Below are positions 54,162 through 64,000 of a DNA stretch of 64,000 nucleotides, one piece after another. The notes below the pieces were generated by a model. It searched no databases. It was not told where the DNA came from and saw nothing but the letters and a program-made list of their open reading frames with translations. The DNA comes from Limnothrix sp. BL-A-16. GTDB lineage: Bacteria; Cyanobacteriota; Cyanobacteriia; CACIAM-69d. The stretch covers positions 3,008,001 through 3,072,000 of the forward strand of contig CP166615.1 in NCBI GenBank assembly GCA_041937175.2, in the 5' to 3' direction. How positions within the stretch are numbered: position 1 is the first letter of the stretch; each line of letters starts with the position of its first letter. Position numbers and translations under genes: made by a program.

Positions 54162-54511
54162 CTCAGTCATCTCATTGCTCAACCAATGCCAAATCAACAA
54201 AGACAAAAAGCTTTATCAATCAACAAAGACAAGGGGCTTAAGCCCCTTGCCCCATAACAACTGGTGCTCAGTCATCTCATTGCTCAACCAATCCCAAATC
54301 AACAAAGACAAAAAGCTTTATCAATCAACCAAGACAAGGGGCTTAAGCCCCTTGCCCCATAACAACTGGTGCTCAGTCATCTCATTGCTCGACATCAGAG
54401 ATCAACAAAGACAAAAAGCTTTATCAATCAACCAAGACAAGGGGCTTAAGCCCCTTGCCCCAGAGTCACTGGTGCTTGGTAAGTGCCTGGAAATACGTTT
54501 CAGAAATTCGC
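54162..54511. repeat. Three tandem ~105-bp units, each with the 20-bp palindrome CAAGGGGCTTAAGCCCCTTG, ending in a degenerate MITE right end at the hemB stop
   Basis: Units start at 54162, 54267 and 54372; palindromes at 54230, 54335 and 54438. The tail 54436-54511 aligns with 5819-5895. Confidence 0.9.
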
Positions 54512-55495
54512 TTAGCCCTTCAGCCAGCGAGCCACATCCTTGGCGTGGTAAGTCAGAATCAAATCTGCGCCCGATCGCTTAAAACTGGTCATGGTTTCCA
54601 TCACCACCCGCTGCTCATCAATCCAACCGTTGAGGGCCGCCGCCTTCACCATCGAATATTCACCGGAAACGTTATAGGCCGCCACAGGCAAATTGCTAGC
54701 CTCCTTCACGCGCCAAATGATGTCCATGTAGGCCAGGGCCGGCTTCACCATCAACATGTCCGCCCCTTCAGCCATGTCCAGGGCAATTTCCTTGATAGCT
54801 TCCCGACCATTGGCCGGATCCATTTGATAGGTGCGGCGATCGCCAAATTGTGGGGTTGATTCAGCCGCATCCCGGAACGGCCCATAGTAGGCCGAGGCAT
54901 ATTTGGCCGCGTAGGAAAGGATCGGAATATCTTGAAACTTGGCCGCATCCAAGGCTTCCCGAATGGATTTCACAAACCCATCCATCATCCCCGAAGGTGC
55001 AATGATATCGGCTCCGGCATTGGCTTGGGAAATAGCGGTTTTCTTCAACAATTCCAAGGTGGGATCATTCAACACTCGCCCACTGAGATCGCCCGTTTCC
55101 AAATAACCACAGTGCCCATGGCTGGTGTATTCGCACAGGCAAGTATCCACCGCCACCACCAAATCGGGCACGGCTTTTTTAACGGCTTCCGTTGCCTTTT
55201 GGACAATGCCGCAATCATGCCAAGCACCGGTTGCATCGGTGTCTTTGTCGGCGGGAATTCCAAACAGAATGATAGCGGGAATTCCCAGGTCATAAACCTG
55301 TTTGGCTTCTTCAACAATTTTATCGATCGAGAGTTGATAAACACCCGGCATCGACTTCACTTCGTTCGCCACCCCTTCACCCGGCACAGCAAACAACGGG
55401 TAGATCAAATCGTTGGTGGTGACGACGGTTTCCGCAACCATGCGGCGCAGGGTTTCGCTAGTCCGCAAACGACGAGGGCGATGGGTGGGGAACAT
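54512..55495 (-). CDS. hemB: Porphobilinogen synthase (ALA dehydratase)
   Basis: [52 protein letters not shown]. Confidence 0.97.
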   Translation of the reverse strand: MFPTHRPRRLRTSETLRRMVAETVVTTNDLIYPLFAVPGEGVANEVKSMPGVYQLSIDKIVEEAKQVYDLGIPAIILFGIPADKDTDATGAWHDCGIVQKATEAVKKAVPDLVVAVDTCLCEYTSHGHCGYLETGDLSGRVLNDPTLELLKKTAISQANAGADIIAPSGMMDGFVKSIREALDAAKFQDIPILSYAAKYASAYYGPFRDAAESTPQFGDRRTYQMDPANGREAIKEIALDMAEGADMLMVKPALAYMDIIWRVKEASNLPVAAYNVSGEYSMVKAAALNGWIDEQRVVMETMTSFKRSGADLILTYHAKDVARWLKG

Positions 55496-55619
55496 AGGGT
55501 GTTAAAGGATTGAGTCTCAAAAACAGGGAGGCCGATCGGCGTTTTTAGCGTAAAGCCTGAGGGGGCAATGGAGATGAGGGCGTAAAGATACGTAAAGTTT
55601 GATCAGGAAAAATTTGTTC

Positions 55620-55668
55620 AGGATTTGCCCGGGATTTGCTCGGGATTTGCTCGGGATTTGCTCGAGAT
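55620..55668. repeat. 11-bp tandem repeat (GGGATTTGCTC, about 4.5 copies) upstream of hemB
   Basis: ggatttgccc gggatttgctc gggatttgctc gggatttgctc gagatt. Confidence 0.8.
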
Positions 55669-56104
55669 TAGTTTTGGGCAGCTTGCCCTCCCCGATCGCC
55701 CCCTGGATCAGCGGGGGAACCCAGTGGCACTAATCGTCGAAAATGAGTGCAAATAAACATTACAAGCCGTCGAGACCTGAGGATGCTGTCCCCAAAAGCC
55801 GATAGAACTAAGGTATCGATCGAGTTGCCATTGGATATCGATCGACCAGCGATCGGGAAGTAGCCAGCAGCAGTAACCCGATCCCAATCACGTCAAGGCT
55901 GCCCATGGAACCGCCCATCAACTGCCCATCTAAACAATCGCAGTCATCGCGGTTTTCTTGTGGCCCTGTTTTGACCTTGTTTTGGTTTCCTGATGGTTTT
56001 GTTGTGGCGTAGTTGCTAATACAAGTTGATTGACCCTGTAATTGAAACTCGGTTGAGACGGCCGCCGCGCATCGTCGCCCGCATCGACCGGTCAGGAGGT
56101 GTTT

Positions 56105-56557
56105 ATGCGATGGCAACTTGGGCAATGGCAGTTTGAGCCTTGGCGCACCAATCCGCCCCAGCCGGATCAATCCGATTGGCTGGCAACCCTGGCCCACTGG
56201 TCAGTGTTCCTGGGCTGCGGTTTGGGCATGGTGACCCTGGCCCCGATCGGGGTCGATCGAGCAGTGTTGTTAGAGTTGGCCTGCTGCGGCTTGGCGATCG
56301 CAATTATGGTGGCGGCTCCTGACCCCCACGCCCAGGCCAACGCCCGATCGGCCGTGAATTTTCACCTCAACGTTTTGGTAGCGGCCGCCCTTTGCAGCGC
56401 CCTGGTGGGAATTCCGTTCCTGATTGCCCTCACGATTAAGGCGCTGGTGTCGCCCCTGTTGGCAGCCGCCCGCGTGGCCGAGGAACCCGGCTATATCCAT
56501 CACTACGATTTCCTGTGGCAATGGCTGAACCCCGATCGCGATCGGGTGGGGATTTAG
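56105..56557 (+). CDS. DUF4870-like membrane protein
   Basis: RBS AGGAGG at 56094; LATLAHWS, ANARSAVNFHLN, CSALVGIP, YIHHY. Confidence 0.65.
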   Translation: MRWQLGQWQFEPWRTNPPQPDQSDWLATLAHWSVFLGCGLGMVTLAPIGVDRAVLLELACCGLAIAIMVAAPDPHAQANARSAVNFHLNVLVAAALCSALVGIPFLIALTIKALVSPLLAAARVAEEPGYIHHYDFLWQWLNPDRDRVGI

Positions 56558-56703
56558 TGGAAATTTAATCGAACTAGGCACTCCACGAACCAGCATCAAT
56601 CAAACCAGCACTCATCCCCAAGCGAATGTCCATGGACGACAGGCCCTAAGCTGGATGGGTCGAAATTTATTGCGCTTCAGGAATTATTGCGCTTCAGAAA
56701 TCC

Positions 56704-57426
56704 ATGACCGCTCTACAAAAGCTTTACGAAGGCAAAGCCAAAATCTTGTACGCCACGGCGGATCCCACCCTTCTGCTGGCCTGTTACAAGGACGATGCCA
56801 CGGCGTTCAATGCCCAAAAACGCGGGACGATCGCAGGCAAGGGGCGCATTAACTGCACCATGTCGGAACACCTTTTTCGCAAGCTGGAAGCGGCAGGCGT
56901 GCCGACCCACTTTGTGGACTGCCCCGCTCCCAACGAGATGCATGTGCGGGCCCTGACCATCGTGCCCCTGGAAGTGATTGTGCGGAACTTTGCCGCTGGC
57001 AGTCTTTGCAAGCAAACGGGCATTGCCCTGGGCACACCACTGGAACCCCCGTTAATTGAGTTCTGCTACAAGAATGATGAATTTGGGGATCCGTTGGTGA
57101 CGGAGGGCCGGATCTACGCCATGAAGTTGGCCACGCCGGCTCAGGTGCGAGAAATTACGGAGCTGACCCAACGGATTAACGAAATTCTGCGCGACTTTTT
57201 CCAGCAGTGCGACATTATCTTGGTGGACTTCAAGATCGAGTTCGGCATCGACTCCGGTGGGCGAATTGTATTGGGGGATGAGATTAGCCCGGATACCTGT
57301 CGCCTATGGGATGCCAAGGAGACCGACCCGATCGCCCGAGTGTTGGATAAGGATCGCTTCCGCCAGGATTTAGGGAATGTGGAAGGGGCTTATCAGCGAG
57401 TCCTGGAAAAGGTTTTGGCGAATTAG
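56704..57426 (+). CDS. purC: SAICAR synthetase
   Basis: LYEGKAK, KDDATAFNAQK, LVDFKIEFG, DEISPDTCRLWD, DKDRFR. Confidence 0.97.
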   Translation: MTALQKLYEGKAKILYATADPTLLLACYKDDATAFNAQKRGTIAGKGRINCTMSEHLFRKLEAAGVPTHFVDCPAPNEMHVRALTIVPLEVIVRNFAAGSLCKQTGIALGTPLEPPLIEFCYKNDEFGDPLVTEGRIYAMKLATPAQVREITELTQRINEILRDFFQQCDIILVDFKIEFGIDSGGRIVLGDEISPDTCRLWDAKETDPIARVLDKDRFRQDLGNVEGAYQRVLEKVLAN

Positions 57427-57703
57427 AGATCCCCTGGTCACTCTCAAGCGACGAACTCCTGCGGTAGGATTGCACTGTTTTGGTTGTTGGTTGGGTTGTC
57501 GGTTAGCGAACCGAATTCAGATGGAGTGAGATGGCTCCCGGTGGCGCGTGGTCGATTGCAATCCTCGATCGATGTCCGACCCCTAAATTCGGAGCAACGG
57601 CGCAACAGCGAGCCTCAAACCCATCTCAATGGCTAAATTGGACGCTAACCCGTTGTTTCCACCGCCACATCGAAAGTTGGCTGCGTCCTAAGGTGAGGAG
57701 TGT

Positions 57704-59920
57704 ATGCGTGTTTTGCGTTTGATGATCCTGTGGCCAGTGCTGGCTGCAAGTGCCGCGATCGTCTCGGTGACCAGTCCAGCAGCCCGGGCGACAGAACCAC
57801 CCACGGCAACGGAATCGGCAGCAGCATCAACGGCGGAATCGGCAACGAAGCCAACCACGGACTCGGCCTTGGCCACCCAGTCAACGGCGGAGCCAGCGGC
57901 GGAATCCGTGGCCATGACTCCGGAGTTGTCGCCGGTTTCCCCAACGGTCACGGCCCATCCTGTGCCACCCGCCCCGATCGCGGTGGCCGCCGGCCCGACA
58001 GCACCAACCCCAACGGCCAACCCGGTCAACGGCCCGATCGCCACCGGGACTGAACCCCCCAGCACCCAGCGCCAACCCGGGTCGATCGCCCAAGGGGAAC
58101 CCGCCCCCAGCCCAGCCACCGAAGAACCCGCCGCCCCTGAGCAAACCCCAACCGAAGCCAGAGTTCTGGTTGCGGAAGTGGTTGTGGCCGGCGCAGAAGC
58201 CGCCTTGCAAGAGGAGGTTTACAAAGTCATTCGCACCCGGCCAGGTCAAACGGCCACCCGCAGCCAACTGCAAGAGGACATTAACCGCATTTTTGCCACG
58301 GGGCTATTCGCCAACGTGCGTGCCGTACCGGACGACACCCCCTTGGGGGTACGGGTCACCTTTGAGGTCACCCCCAACCCGGTTTTACAAGCAGTGCAGA
58401 TCGAAGGATCCACGGTGCTGCCAGCCACGGAAATTGATCGCATCTTCAGCCCCCTGTATGGCTCCACCCTGAACCTGAACAAGCTGCAAGAGTCGATCAA
58501 ACAGCTCACCCAGTGGTATCAGTCCAATGGCTATGTGCTGGCCCAAGTGGTGGGATCGCCGCGCGTGGGTCGAGATGGCAACGTGACCCTGGAAGTGGCG
58601 GAAGGGCAAATTGAAGACATCAACATCACCTTCCTGAACGACGAGGGCAAACCCACCAACGAAGACGGCACAACGGTCACCGGCCGCACCCGCGATTTCA
58701 TTGTGTTCCGCGAAATGGACACCAAACCGGGCGCAGTGTTTAACCGTGATCAGATTCAGAAGGATTTGCGGCGCGTCTTTGGGCTGGGCATTTTTGAAGA
58801 TGTGCAGTTGACCCTCAATCCCGGCACGGATCCGCGCAAGGTGGATGTGTCGGTGAATCTTCAGGAGAAAAACACCGCCGTTTTGGGAACGGAAGTGGGC
58901 TTCAGCTCCACCAGCGGCATCTTTGGTTCCGTCAGCTTCCAGGAACAAAACCTGGGAGGCAATAACCAAAAGCTGGGCGCAGAAGTGCAACTGTCGGAGC
59001 GGGGTTTGGGCTTTGACCTCAGCTTCACGGATCCTTGGATTGCGGGTGACCCCAACCGAACGTCCTACACAGTAAACCTCTACAAGCGGCGATCGATCTC
59101 GCTGATTTTTGATGGGGGTGAGCGGGAAGTGGAGTTGGACAATGGCGATCTGCCTCGGGTCGATCGCACCGGGGGGCGCGTGGTCTTTAGCCGGCCCCTG
59201 TCCAGCACCTGGAGCGGCTCCTTGGGGGCAGAGTTCCAGCATGTGCGCATTGTCGATCGCGATGGCGACCTCAGCCCCGAAGACGAAGACGGCAACCAAC
59301 TGGCCTTCAACGAGGACGGCAAGGACGACATCTTCACCCTGCAACTGGCCCTGACCAACGATCGCCGGAACGATCGAGTCACCCCCACCCAAGGCTCCTT
59401 CTTCCGGGTGGGTCTGGATCAAGCCATTCCCATTACCGGTATTTTCTTCACCCGACTGCGGGCCAACTACAGCCGCTATTTCCCGGTGGAATTCACCAAG
59501 TTCACCAACGGCCCCGAAACGATCGCCGTGAACCTGCAAGCGGGCGGCGTGTTTGGGGACTTGCCTCCCTATGAAGCTTTCCCCCTGGGCGGCACCAACT
59601 CCGTGCGCGGGTTTGATGAAGGCGAGGTGGGCAGCGGTCGCTACTTCTTCCAATCTTCGGTGGAATATCGCTTCCCGCTGTTGAAGGTGACGGAACAAAT
59701 TCCCGTGGGCGGCGTGCTGTTCCTGGACTTTGCCACCGACCTTGGCTCCGGGGAAGATGTGCCCGGGCAACCGGCCGTTGTGCGTGAAAAGCCCGGTTGG
59801 GGTGTGGGCTATGGGGTTGGGCTGCGGGCCCGCACCCCGTTTGGCCCCATCCGGCTGGATTATGGCTGGAACAGCGAGGGCGGCAATCGACTGCACTTTG
59901 GTATCGGTGAGCGGTTCTAG
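57704..59920 (+). CDS. bamA: Omp85/BamA outer-membrane assembly protein
   Basis: Signal peptide, Pro/Ala/Thr-rich linker, POTRA domains, SVRGF motif, GPIRLDYG, C-terminal FGIGERF. Confidence 0.93.
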   Translation: MRVLRLMILWPVLAASAAIVSVTSPAARATEPPTATESAAASTAESATKPTTDSALATQSTAEPAAESVAMTPELSPVSPTVTAHPVPPAPIAVAAGPTAPTPTANPVNGPIATGTEPPSTQRQPGSIAQGEPAPSPATEEPAAPEQTPTEARVLVAEVVVAGAEAALQEEVYKVIRTRPGQTATRSQLQEDINRIFATGLFANVRAVPDDTPLGVRVTFEVTPNPVLQAVQIEGSTVLPATEIDRIFSPLYGSTLNLNKLQESIKQLTQWYQSNGYVLAQVVGSPRVGRDGNVTLEVAEGQIEDINITFLNDEGKPTNEDGTTVTGRTRDFIVFREMDTKPGAVFNRDQIQKDLRRVFGLGIFEDVQLTLNPGTDPRKVDVSVNLQEKNTAVLGTEVGFSSTSGIFGSVSFQEQNLGGNNQKLGAEVQLSERGLGFDLSFTDPWIAGDPNRTSYTVNLYKRRSISLIFDGGEREVELDNGDLPRVDRTGGRVVFSRPLSSTWSGSLGAEFQHVRIVDRDGDLSPEDEDGNQLAFNEDGKDDIFTLQLALTNDRRNDRVTPTQGSFFRVGLDQAIPITGIFFTRLRANYSRYFPVEFTKFTNGPETIAVNLQAGGVFGDLPPYEAFPLGGTNSVRGFDEGEVGSGRYFFQSSVEYRFPLLKVTEQIPVGGVLFLDFATDLGSGEDVPGQPAVVREKPGWGVGYGVGLRARTPFGPIRLDYGWNSEGGNRLHFGIGERF

Positions 59921-59925
59921 GGGCG

Positions 59926-60963
59926 ATGCAAAGGGAATTACCAACAGCATTAGAACCAGAACTGCAAACGGAACCCCAACCGGAACCCGCAATGGTTGGG
60001 CCGTCCTCGGAGGCCATGGCGATCGCGCCGGAGATCCAGTGCCCGATCGCCCCCCTGCGCACCCTAGGCCAGGCCTTTAGTCGATCGGGCGTGGGGCTGC
60101 ACTCCGGATTGCCTGTGACCCTGTGGGTACAGCCCAGCTTGGAACCGGGCATTCGGTTTGTGCGCACGGATTTGCCCGATCGCCCGGTCATTCCCGCGCG
60201 TTGGGATTTGGTTTCTCAAACGCAACTGTCCACCGAGGTGCGATCGCCCCAAGATCCGCAGGCCACCGTCCGCACGATCGAACACCTGATGGCCGCCTTG
60301 GTGGCCTGTGGCGTGGGGGCAGCCCAAGTGGAAATTAATGGGCCCGAAGTGCCCCTGTTGGACGGTTCGGCCATTGAGTGGTGTCGGGCGATCGCCCTGG
60401 CCGGTCTGCGCCCATTGCCAAGCACCCGATCGCCAGCAATCGATCAGGAAACCATTGCCGAACCCCTTTGGATCCATGAGGGCGATGCTTTTGTGGCGGC
60501 CTTGCCCGCCGCAGAACTGCGATTTAGCTATGGGATTGACTTTGCCCTACCGGCAATCGGCAACCAATGGCACAGTTGGTCACCCGGGGAAACCTTCTGC
60601 CCGATCGAGCCGGAACCCCAACCCGGCTCCTTTGCCCACGACATTGCCCCCGCCCGCACCTTTGGCCTAGCCCACCAAATTGAACAACTGCGGGCCGCCA
60701 ATCTGATCCGAGGCGGCAGCCTGGATAATGCCTTGGTCTGTGGCGAAGCGGGCTGGCTGAATCCGCCCTTGCGGTATGAAAATGAGCCAGCGCGTCATAA
60801 AATCTTAGACTTAGTTGGCGACTTGGCCTTGCTCGGAGCCATTCCGCGCGCCCATTACTTGGCCTACAAAGCCAGCCATCGTCTTCATGGGCAACTGGTG
60901 ACCAAACTGGCGGCAGTGATCGGCAATGGGTCATCGATCGAAAGTCGGTCGGCAATTGATTGA
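59926..60963 (+). CDS. lpxC: UDP-3-O-acyl-GlcNAc deacetylase
   Basis: [41 protein letters not shown]. Start could be downstream. Confidence 0.95.
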   Translation: MQRELPTALEPELQTEPQPEPAMVGPSSEAMAIAPEIQCPIAPLRTLGQAFSRSGVGLHSGLPVTLWVQPSLEPGIRFVRTDLPDRPVIPARWDLVSQTQLSTEVRSPQDPQATVRTIEHLMAALVACGVGAAQVEINGPEVPLLDGSAIEWCRAIALAGLRPLPSTRSPAIDQETIAEPLWIHEGDAFVAALPAAELRFSYGIDFALPAIGNQWHSWSPGETFCPIEPEPQPGSFAHDIAPARTFGLAHQIEQLRAANLIRGGSLDNALVCGEAGWLNPPLRYENEPARHKILDLVGDLALLGAIPRAHYLAYKASHRLHGQLVTKLAAVIGNGSSIESRSAID

Positions 60964-61198
60964 TCAAAAATTGATTGATCAAAAGTCGATCAGTCATCGA
61001 TCAAACCTGGATCGGAACCCGATCGGCAATGAGTCCTCGACAATCAGCGCCAACCCAGGGTCCCGTCATTGCTCAGTCAACACCCATCCAATTGCCCAGC
61101 AGCGGATAGGCACGCCCATCCCTCGCAGGAGTTCGTGACCATCCGTGGTTTTGCCCGCTCGATCGCCCACTGGCCCGTTGTTTAGGTTGTAAAGTCCT

Positions 61199-61723
61199 AT
61201 GTCCACTGTTTCTGCTCCAGAACCCGTTGTCACCGCCCAGACCCAGGACACAACCACAACGGATCAGACCGATCGCCCCGCTGGGCCCACCACCTTCACC
61301 GTTGAAGACATTCACCGGCTGCTGCCCCACCGCTACCCCTTCGCCTTGGTCGATCGAATCATCGACTATGTTCCCGGTAAGCGGGCCGTGGGGCTAAAAA
61401 ATGTCACCTTCAATGAACCCCACTTCCAAGGCCACTTCCCCAATCGCCCGATCATGCCAGGGGTGCTGATTGTGGAAGCCATGGCTCAGGTGGGCGGCGT
61501 GGTGCTCACCCAAATGCAAGACAACCCCGGTCAAGGATTGTTCATGTTTGGGGGCATTGACAAGGTGCGCTTCCGTCGGCCCGTGGTTCCCGGCGATCAA
61601 CTGATCATGACCGTCGAACTGCTTTGGGTGAAGCAAAAACGCTTCGGCAAAATGCACGGCCGGGCGGAAGTGGAAGGGCAACTGGCCTGTGAGGGCGAGT
61701 TGATGTTCTCCCTGGTGGACTAG
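61199..61723 (+). CDS. fabZ: 3-hydroxyacyl-ACP dehydratase
   Basis: [43 protein letters not shown]. Confidence 0.97.
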   Translation: MSTVSAPEPVVTAQTQDTTTTDQTDRPAGPTTFTVEDIHRLLPHRYPFALVDRIIDYVPGKRAVGLKNVTFNEPHFQGHFPNRPIMPGVLIVEAMAQVGGVVLTQMQDNPGQGLFMFGGIDKVRFRRPVVPGDQLIMTVELLWVKQKRFGKMHGRAEVEGQLACEGELMFSLVD

Positions 61724-61802
61724 CGGACTAGTTGACGAACTAGACTTTTCAGCATTGGCTAAACGTATTAGTGTGTCAGGGCAGCGCGATCGCACCGATC
61801 CC

Positions 61803-62627
61803 ATGAAAGCAGCGATTCATCCGACGGCGATCGTTCATCCCGACGCAGAACTCCATCCCACGGTGACAGTCGGCCCCTATGCCGTCATTGGCCCCGCCGT
61901 TTCGATCGGGGCCGAAACTCAGATTGGCCCCCATGTGATCCTTGACGGTTACACCATCTTGGGGGAACGAAACCAAATTTTTGCAGGAGCCGCGATCGGC
62001 ACAGAGCCTCAAGATCGCAAATATCAAGGGGCCCTCAGCCAAACCATCATTGGCAACGACAACAAAATTCGCGAGTACGTGACCATCAACCGCGCCACCC
62101 ACGAAGGGGAAGTGACCCAAGTAGGGGACGGGAACCTGTTGATGGCCTACAGCCACGTGGCCCACAACTGCCTGATTGAAGATGGGGTGGTGATTGCCAA
62201 TGGGGTGGCCTTGGCGGGCCATGTGACGATCGAGTCGCGGGCCACCATTGGCGGCGTGTTGGGAGTTCATCAATTTGTCAGAATTGGCCGGTTGGCCATG
62301 GTCGGCGGCATGAGCCGGATCGATCGGGATGTGCCGCCGTTTATGTTGGTGGAGGGCAGTCCCGGCCGGGTGCGCACCTTGAACCGCGTGGGGCTAAAGC
62401 GGGCCGGCTATGACGAGCTAGACAACGGCCTGACCACCCAAACCCTAAACAAGGCCTTTCGGATTTTGTATCGTTCTGAAGCCACGCTGGAGCAAGCCCT
62501 TGAGGAGCTAATGTTGCTGCCCTCCTGCGAAGCACTGCAACACTTAATTCGGTTTTTGCAGCAGTCTAAGGCGGGACGGCGGGGCCCGATGACCGGCCGC
62601 AAACCACCCCGCAGCAGCCATGACTAA
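61803..62627 (+). CDS. lpxA: UDP-GlcNAc O-acyltransferase
   Basis: IHPTAIV, hexapeptide repeats, PQDRKY, HVAHNC, LAGHV, VHQF, DVPPF. Start moved to ATG 61803. Confidence 0.95.
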   Translation: MKAAIHPTAIVHPDAELHPTVTVGPYAVIGPAVSIGAETQIGPHVILDGYTILGERNQIFAGAAIGTEPQDRKYQGALSQTIIGNDNKIREYVTINRATHEGEVTQVGDGNLLMAYSHVAHNCLIEDGVVIANGVALAGHVTIESRATIGGVLGVHQFVRIGRLAMVGGMSRIDRDVPPFMLVEGSPGRVRTLNRVGLKRAGYDELDNGLTTQTLNKAFRILYRSEATLEQALEELMLLPSCEALQHLIRFLQQSKAGRRGPMTGRKPPRSSHD

Positions 62628-63798
62628 ATTGGGAACGCCCGATCGACCCTTGCGGATTTTTCTGAGCACAGGGGAAGTGTCTGGGGACTTGCAGGGGGCC
62701 CTGCTGATCCAGGCCTTGCAACGGGCGGCAGCGGCTCGGGGTCAGGTTTTGGAAATTACGGCGCTCGGGGGGCCACGCATGGCGGCGGCGGGGGCCCGGC
62801 TGATTTTTGATACAAGTGCGATCGGCTCGATCGGCCTTTGGGAAGCTCTGCCCTTCGTGATTCCGACCCTGAAGCTTCAGTGGCAAACCAAGGCCACCCT
62901 CCGCCAGCAGCCGCCCGATGTGGCCGTTTTTATTGACTACATTGGCCCCAATTTGACCATGGGCCATTTCTTTAAGCGCCAATTGCCCCAAGTGCCCACC
63001 GCTTACTACATTGCGCCCCAAGAGTGGGTGTGGTCCTTGGGCGATCGCAACACCACGCAGGTGGTGGGGCTGACGGATGTGATTCTGGCGATTTTTCCCC
63101 AGGAAGCCACCTACTATCAGCGTTATGGAGCCGCCGTGAAGTGGATTGGGCATCCGTTGATCGATCGCCTGGCCCAAGCCCCCGATCGGGCCGCCGCCCG
63201 CCAACATTGGGGACTGAGCGCCGATGAATTGGCCGTGGTGTTGCTGCCGGCTTCTCGTCGCCAAGAGCTGAAACTCTTGATGCCCAGCCTTTTTGCGGCC
63301 GCTCGCCAAGTGCAGGATCATCACCCCAAGGCTCGGTTCTTGATTCCGGTTTCTCTGCCCGCCTACCAACCCGCCATTGAACAGGCGATCGCTGAATTTG
63401 GTCTCCAGGCGGAAATTGTCGGTGATAGCTTGCTGGCCATGGCCGCCGCCGACTTAGCCTTGACCAAATCCGGCACGGTGAATCTAGAGTTGGCGCTGTT
63501 GAAAGTGCCGCAGGTGGTGATTTACAAAGTCAGTCCGATCACCGCTTGGATTGCCCGTCACCTGCTGAAGTTTTCAATTACATTCATGTCACCGCCCAAT
63601 TTGGTGGCCGAACAGGCGATCGTCCCGGAGCTGATGCAAGAACAGGCCAGCCCCGATCGAATTGCCCAAGAGGCGATCGCCCTGCTGCAACCCGATCGGG
63701 CCGCCCAGCTTCAGCAGGACTACCAAGCCATGCGCGATCGGCTCGGGGGCGACGGCGCAACCGATCGGGCGGCCCAGGAAATTTTGAACCTGATTTAA
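62620..63798 (+). CDS. lpxB: Lipid-A-disaccharide synthase
   Basis: STGEVSGDLQGA, YYIAPQEWVW, GHPL, LLPASRRQE, SGTVNLE. Confidence 0.95.
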   Translation: MTKLGTPDRPLRIFLSTGEVSGDLQGALLIQALQRAAAARGQVLEITALGGPRMAAAGARLIFDTSAIGSIGLWEALPFVIPTLKLQWQTKATLRQQPPDVAVFIDYIGPNLTMGHFFKRQLPQVPTAYYIAPQEWVWSLGDRNTTQVVGLTDVILAIFPQEATYYQRYGAAVKWIGHPLIDRLAQAPDRAAARQHWGLSADELAVVLLPASRRQELKLLMPSLFAAARQVQDHHPKARFLIPVSLPAYQPAIEQAIAEFGLQAEIVGDSLLAMAAADLALTKSGTVNLELALLKVPQVVIYKVSPITAWIARHLLKFSITFMSPPNLVAEQAIVPELMQEQASPDRIAQEAIALLQPDRAAQLQQDYQAMRDRLGGDGATDRAAQEILNLI

Positions 63799-63840
63799 GC
63801 GCTCCTAGCTTGCAGGCATTATGGGCAGCAACCGCAGCCT

Positions 63841-63999
63841 TTAATGCTCAAAGATATTGTCATATTGCAGCAAATCGAGTTGCACGATCGTTTGGAGAGC
63901 CACAAAGCATTGTTGGGCCAATTCCCAACGTTCTTCACGCTGCAACATTGCCACTAATTTCTGTTGGGCATTGAGCAAATAGCGCACATCATTGGAAGC
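63841..63999 (-). CDS. rnd: C-terminus of RNase D-like 3'-5' exonuclease (runs off the window edge)
   Basis: Hand translation ...ASNDVRYLLNAQQKLVAMLQREERWELAQQCFVALQTIVQLDLLQYDNIFEH*, matching the cyanobacterial RNase D tail (ExoIII DVRYL, IFEH end). Confidence 0.75.
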   Translation of the reverse strand, partial: ASNDVRYLLNAQQKLVAMLQREERWELAQQCFVALQTIVQLDLLQYDNIFEH

Positions 64000-64000
64000 A

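Noticed and set aside
54162..54476. CRISPR array (palindromic repeat with regular spacing)
   Set aside because: The intervening sequences are near-identical rather than unique spacers, the period is 105 bp, and there are no cas genes in the window.
54175..54582. 135-aa ORF with 35-aa repeats
   Set aside because: A by-product of the 105-bp DNA repeat; TTG start, and it overlaps hemB antisense.
58385..59992. 535-aa minus-strand ORF (likewise 21426-22442, 22473-23210, 10699-11880, 51415-52602)
   Set aside because: Antisense shadows of well-supported genes (bamA, tkt, patA-like, RTX/Uma2), caused by GC-rich codon bias.
56704..63798. purC-bamA-lpxC-fabZ-lpxA-lpxB as a novel cluster
   Set aside because: Ordinary conserved cyanobacterial envelope synteny.

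Overview
Cyanobacterial chromosome segment: very dense GCGATCGC/CGATCG (HIP1) sites, cyanobacterial rRNA operon, cpcF, nblA, crtR. The genus cannot be fixed without a 16S search. Most of the window is core genome: leuS 3' end, ccb1, cpcF, argF, a partial chemotaxis-like cluster (CheW-like, PatA-like, CheY-like), a complete guanidine-utilisation operon under an NtcA promoter plus a guanidine-I riboswitch, tkt, cbiX, gatA, a wzm/wzt-sulfotransferase-glycosyltransferase cluster, a minus-strand rRNA operon (16S-tRNA-Ile-23S-5S), glyQ, comEC, nblA, crtR, ldhA, an RTX beta-helix protein, hemB, purC-bamA-lpxC-fabZ-lpxA-lpxB and the 3' end of RNase D. The best candidate for an undescribed system is an AT-rich, HIP1-free two-gene insert directly behind leuS (839-4177). 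It encodes a small HEPN-like protein and a 950-aa double P-loop protein (a ParA/MinD-like domain with a variant KGGVGR Walker A fused to a second ATPase), which looks like a defence/conflict module. Other highlights are a REP-like palindrome (CAAGGGGCTTAAGCCCCTTG) carried inside two different MITE-like elements and amplified as a 3x ~105-bp array, a possible sulfate-capped ABC-exported glycan, an LRAT/NlpC-P60-PspA fusion, and an unannotated 57-aa membrane protein. All family calls come from motif recognition by eye; no database searches were run.
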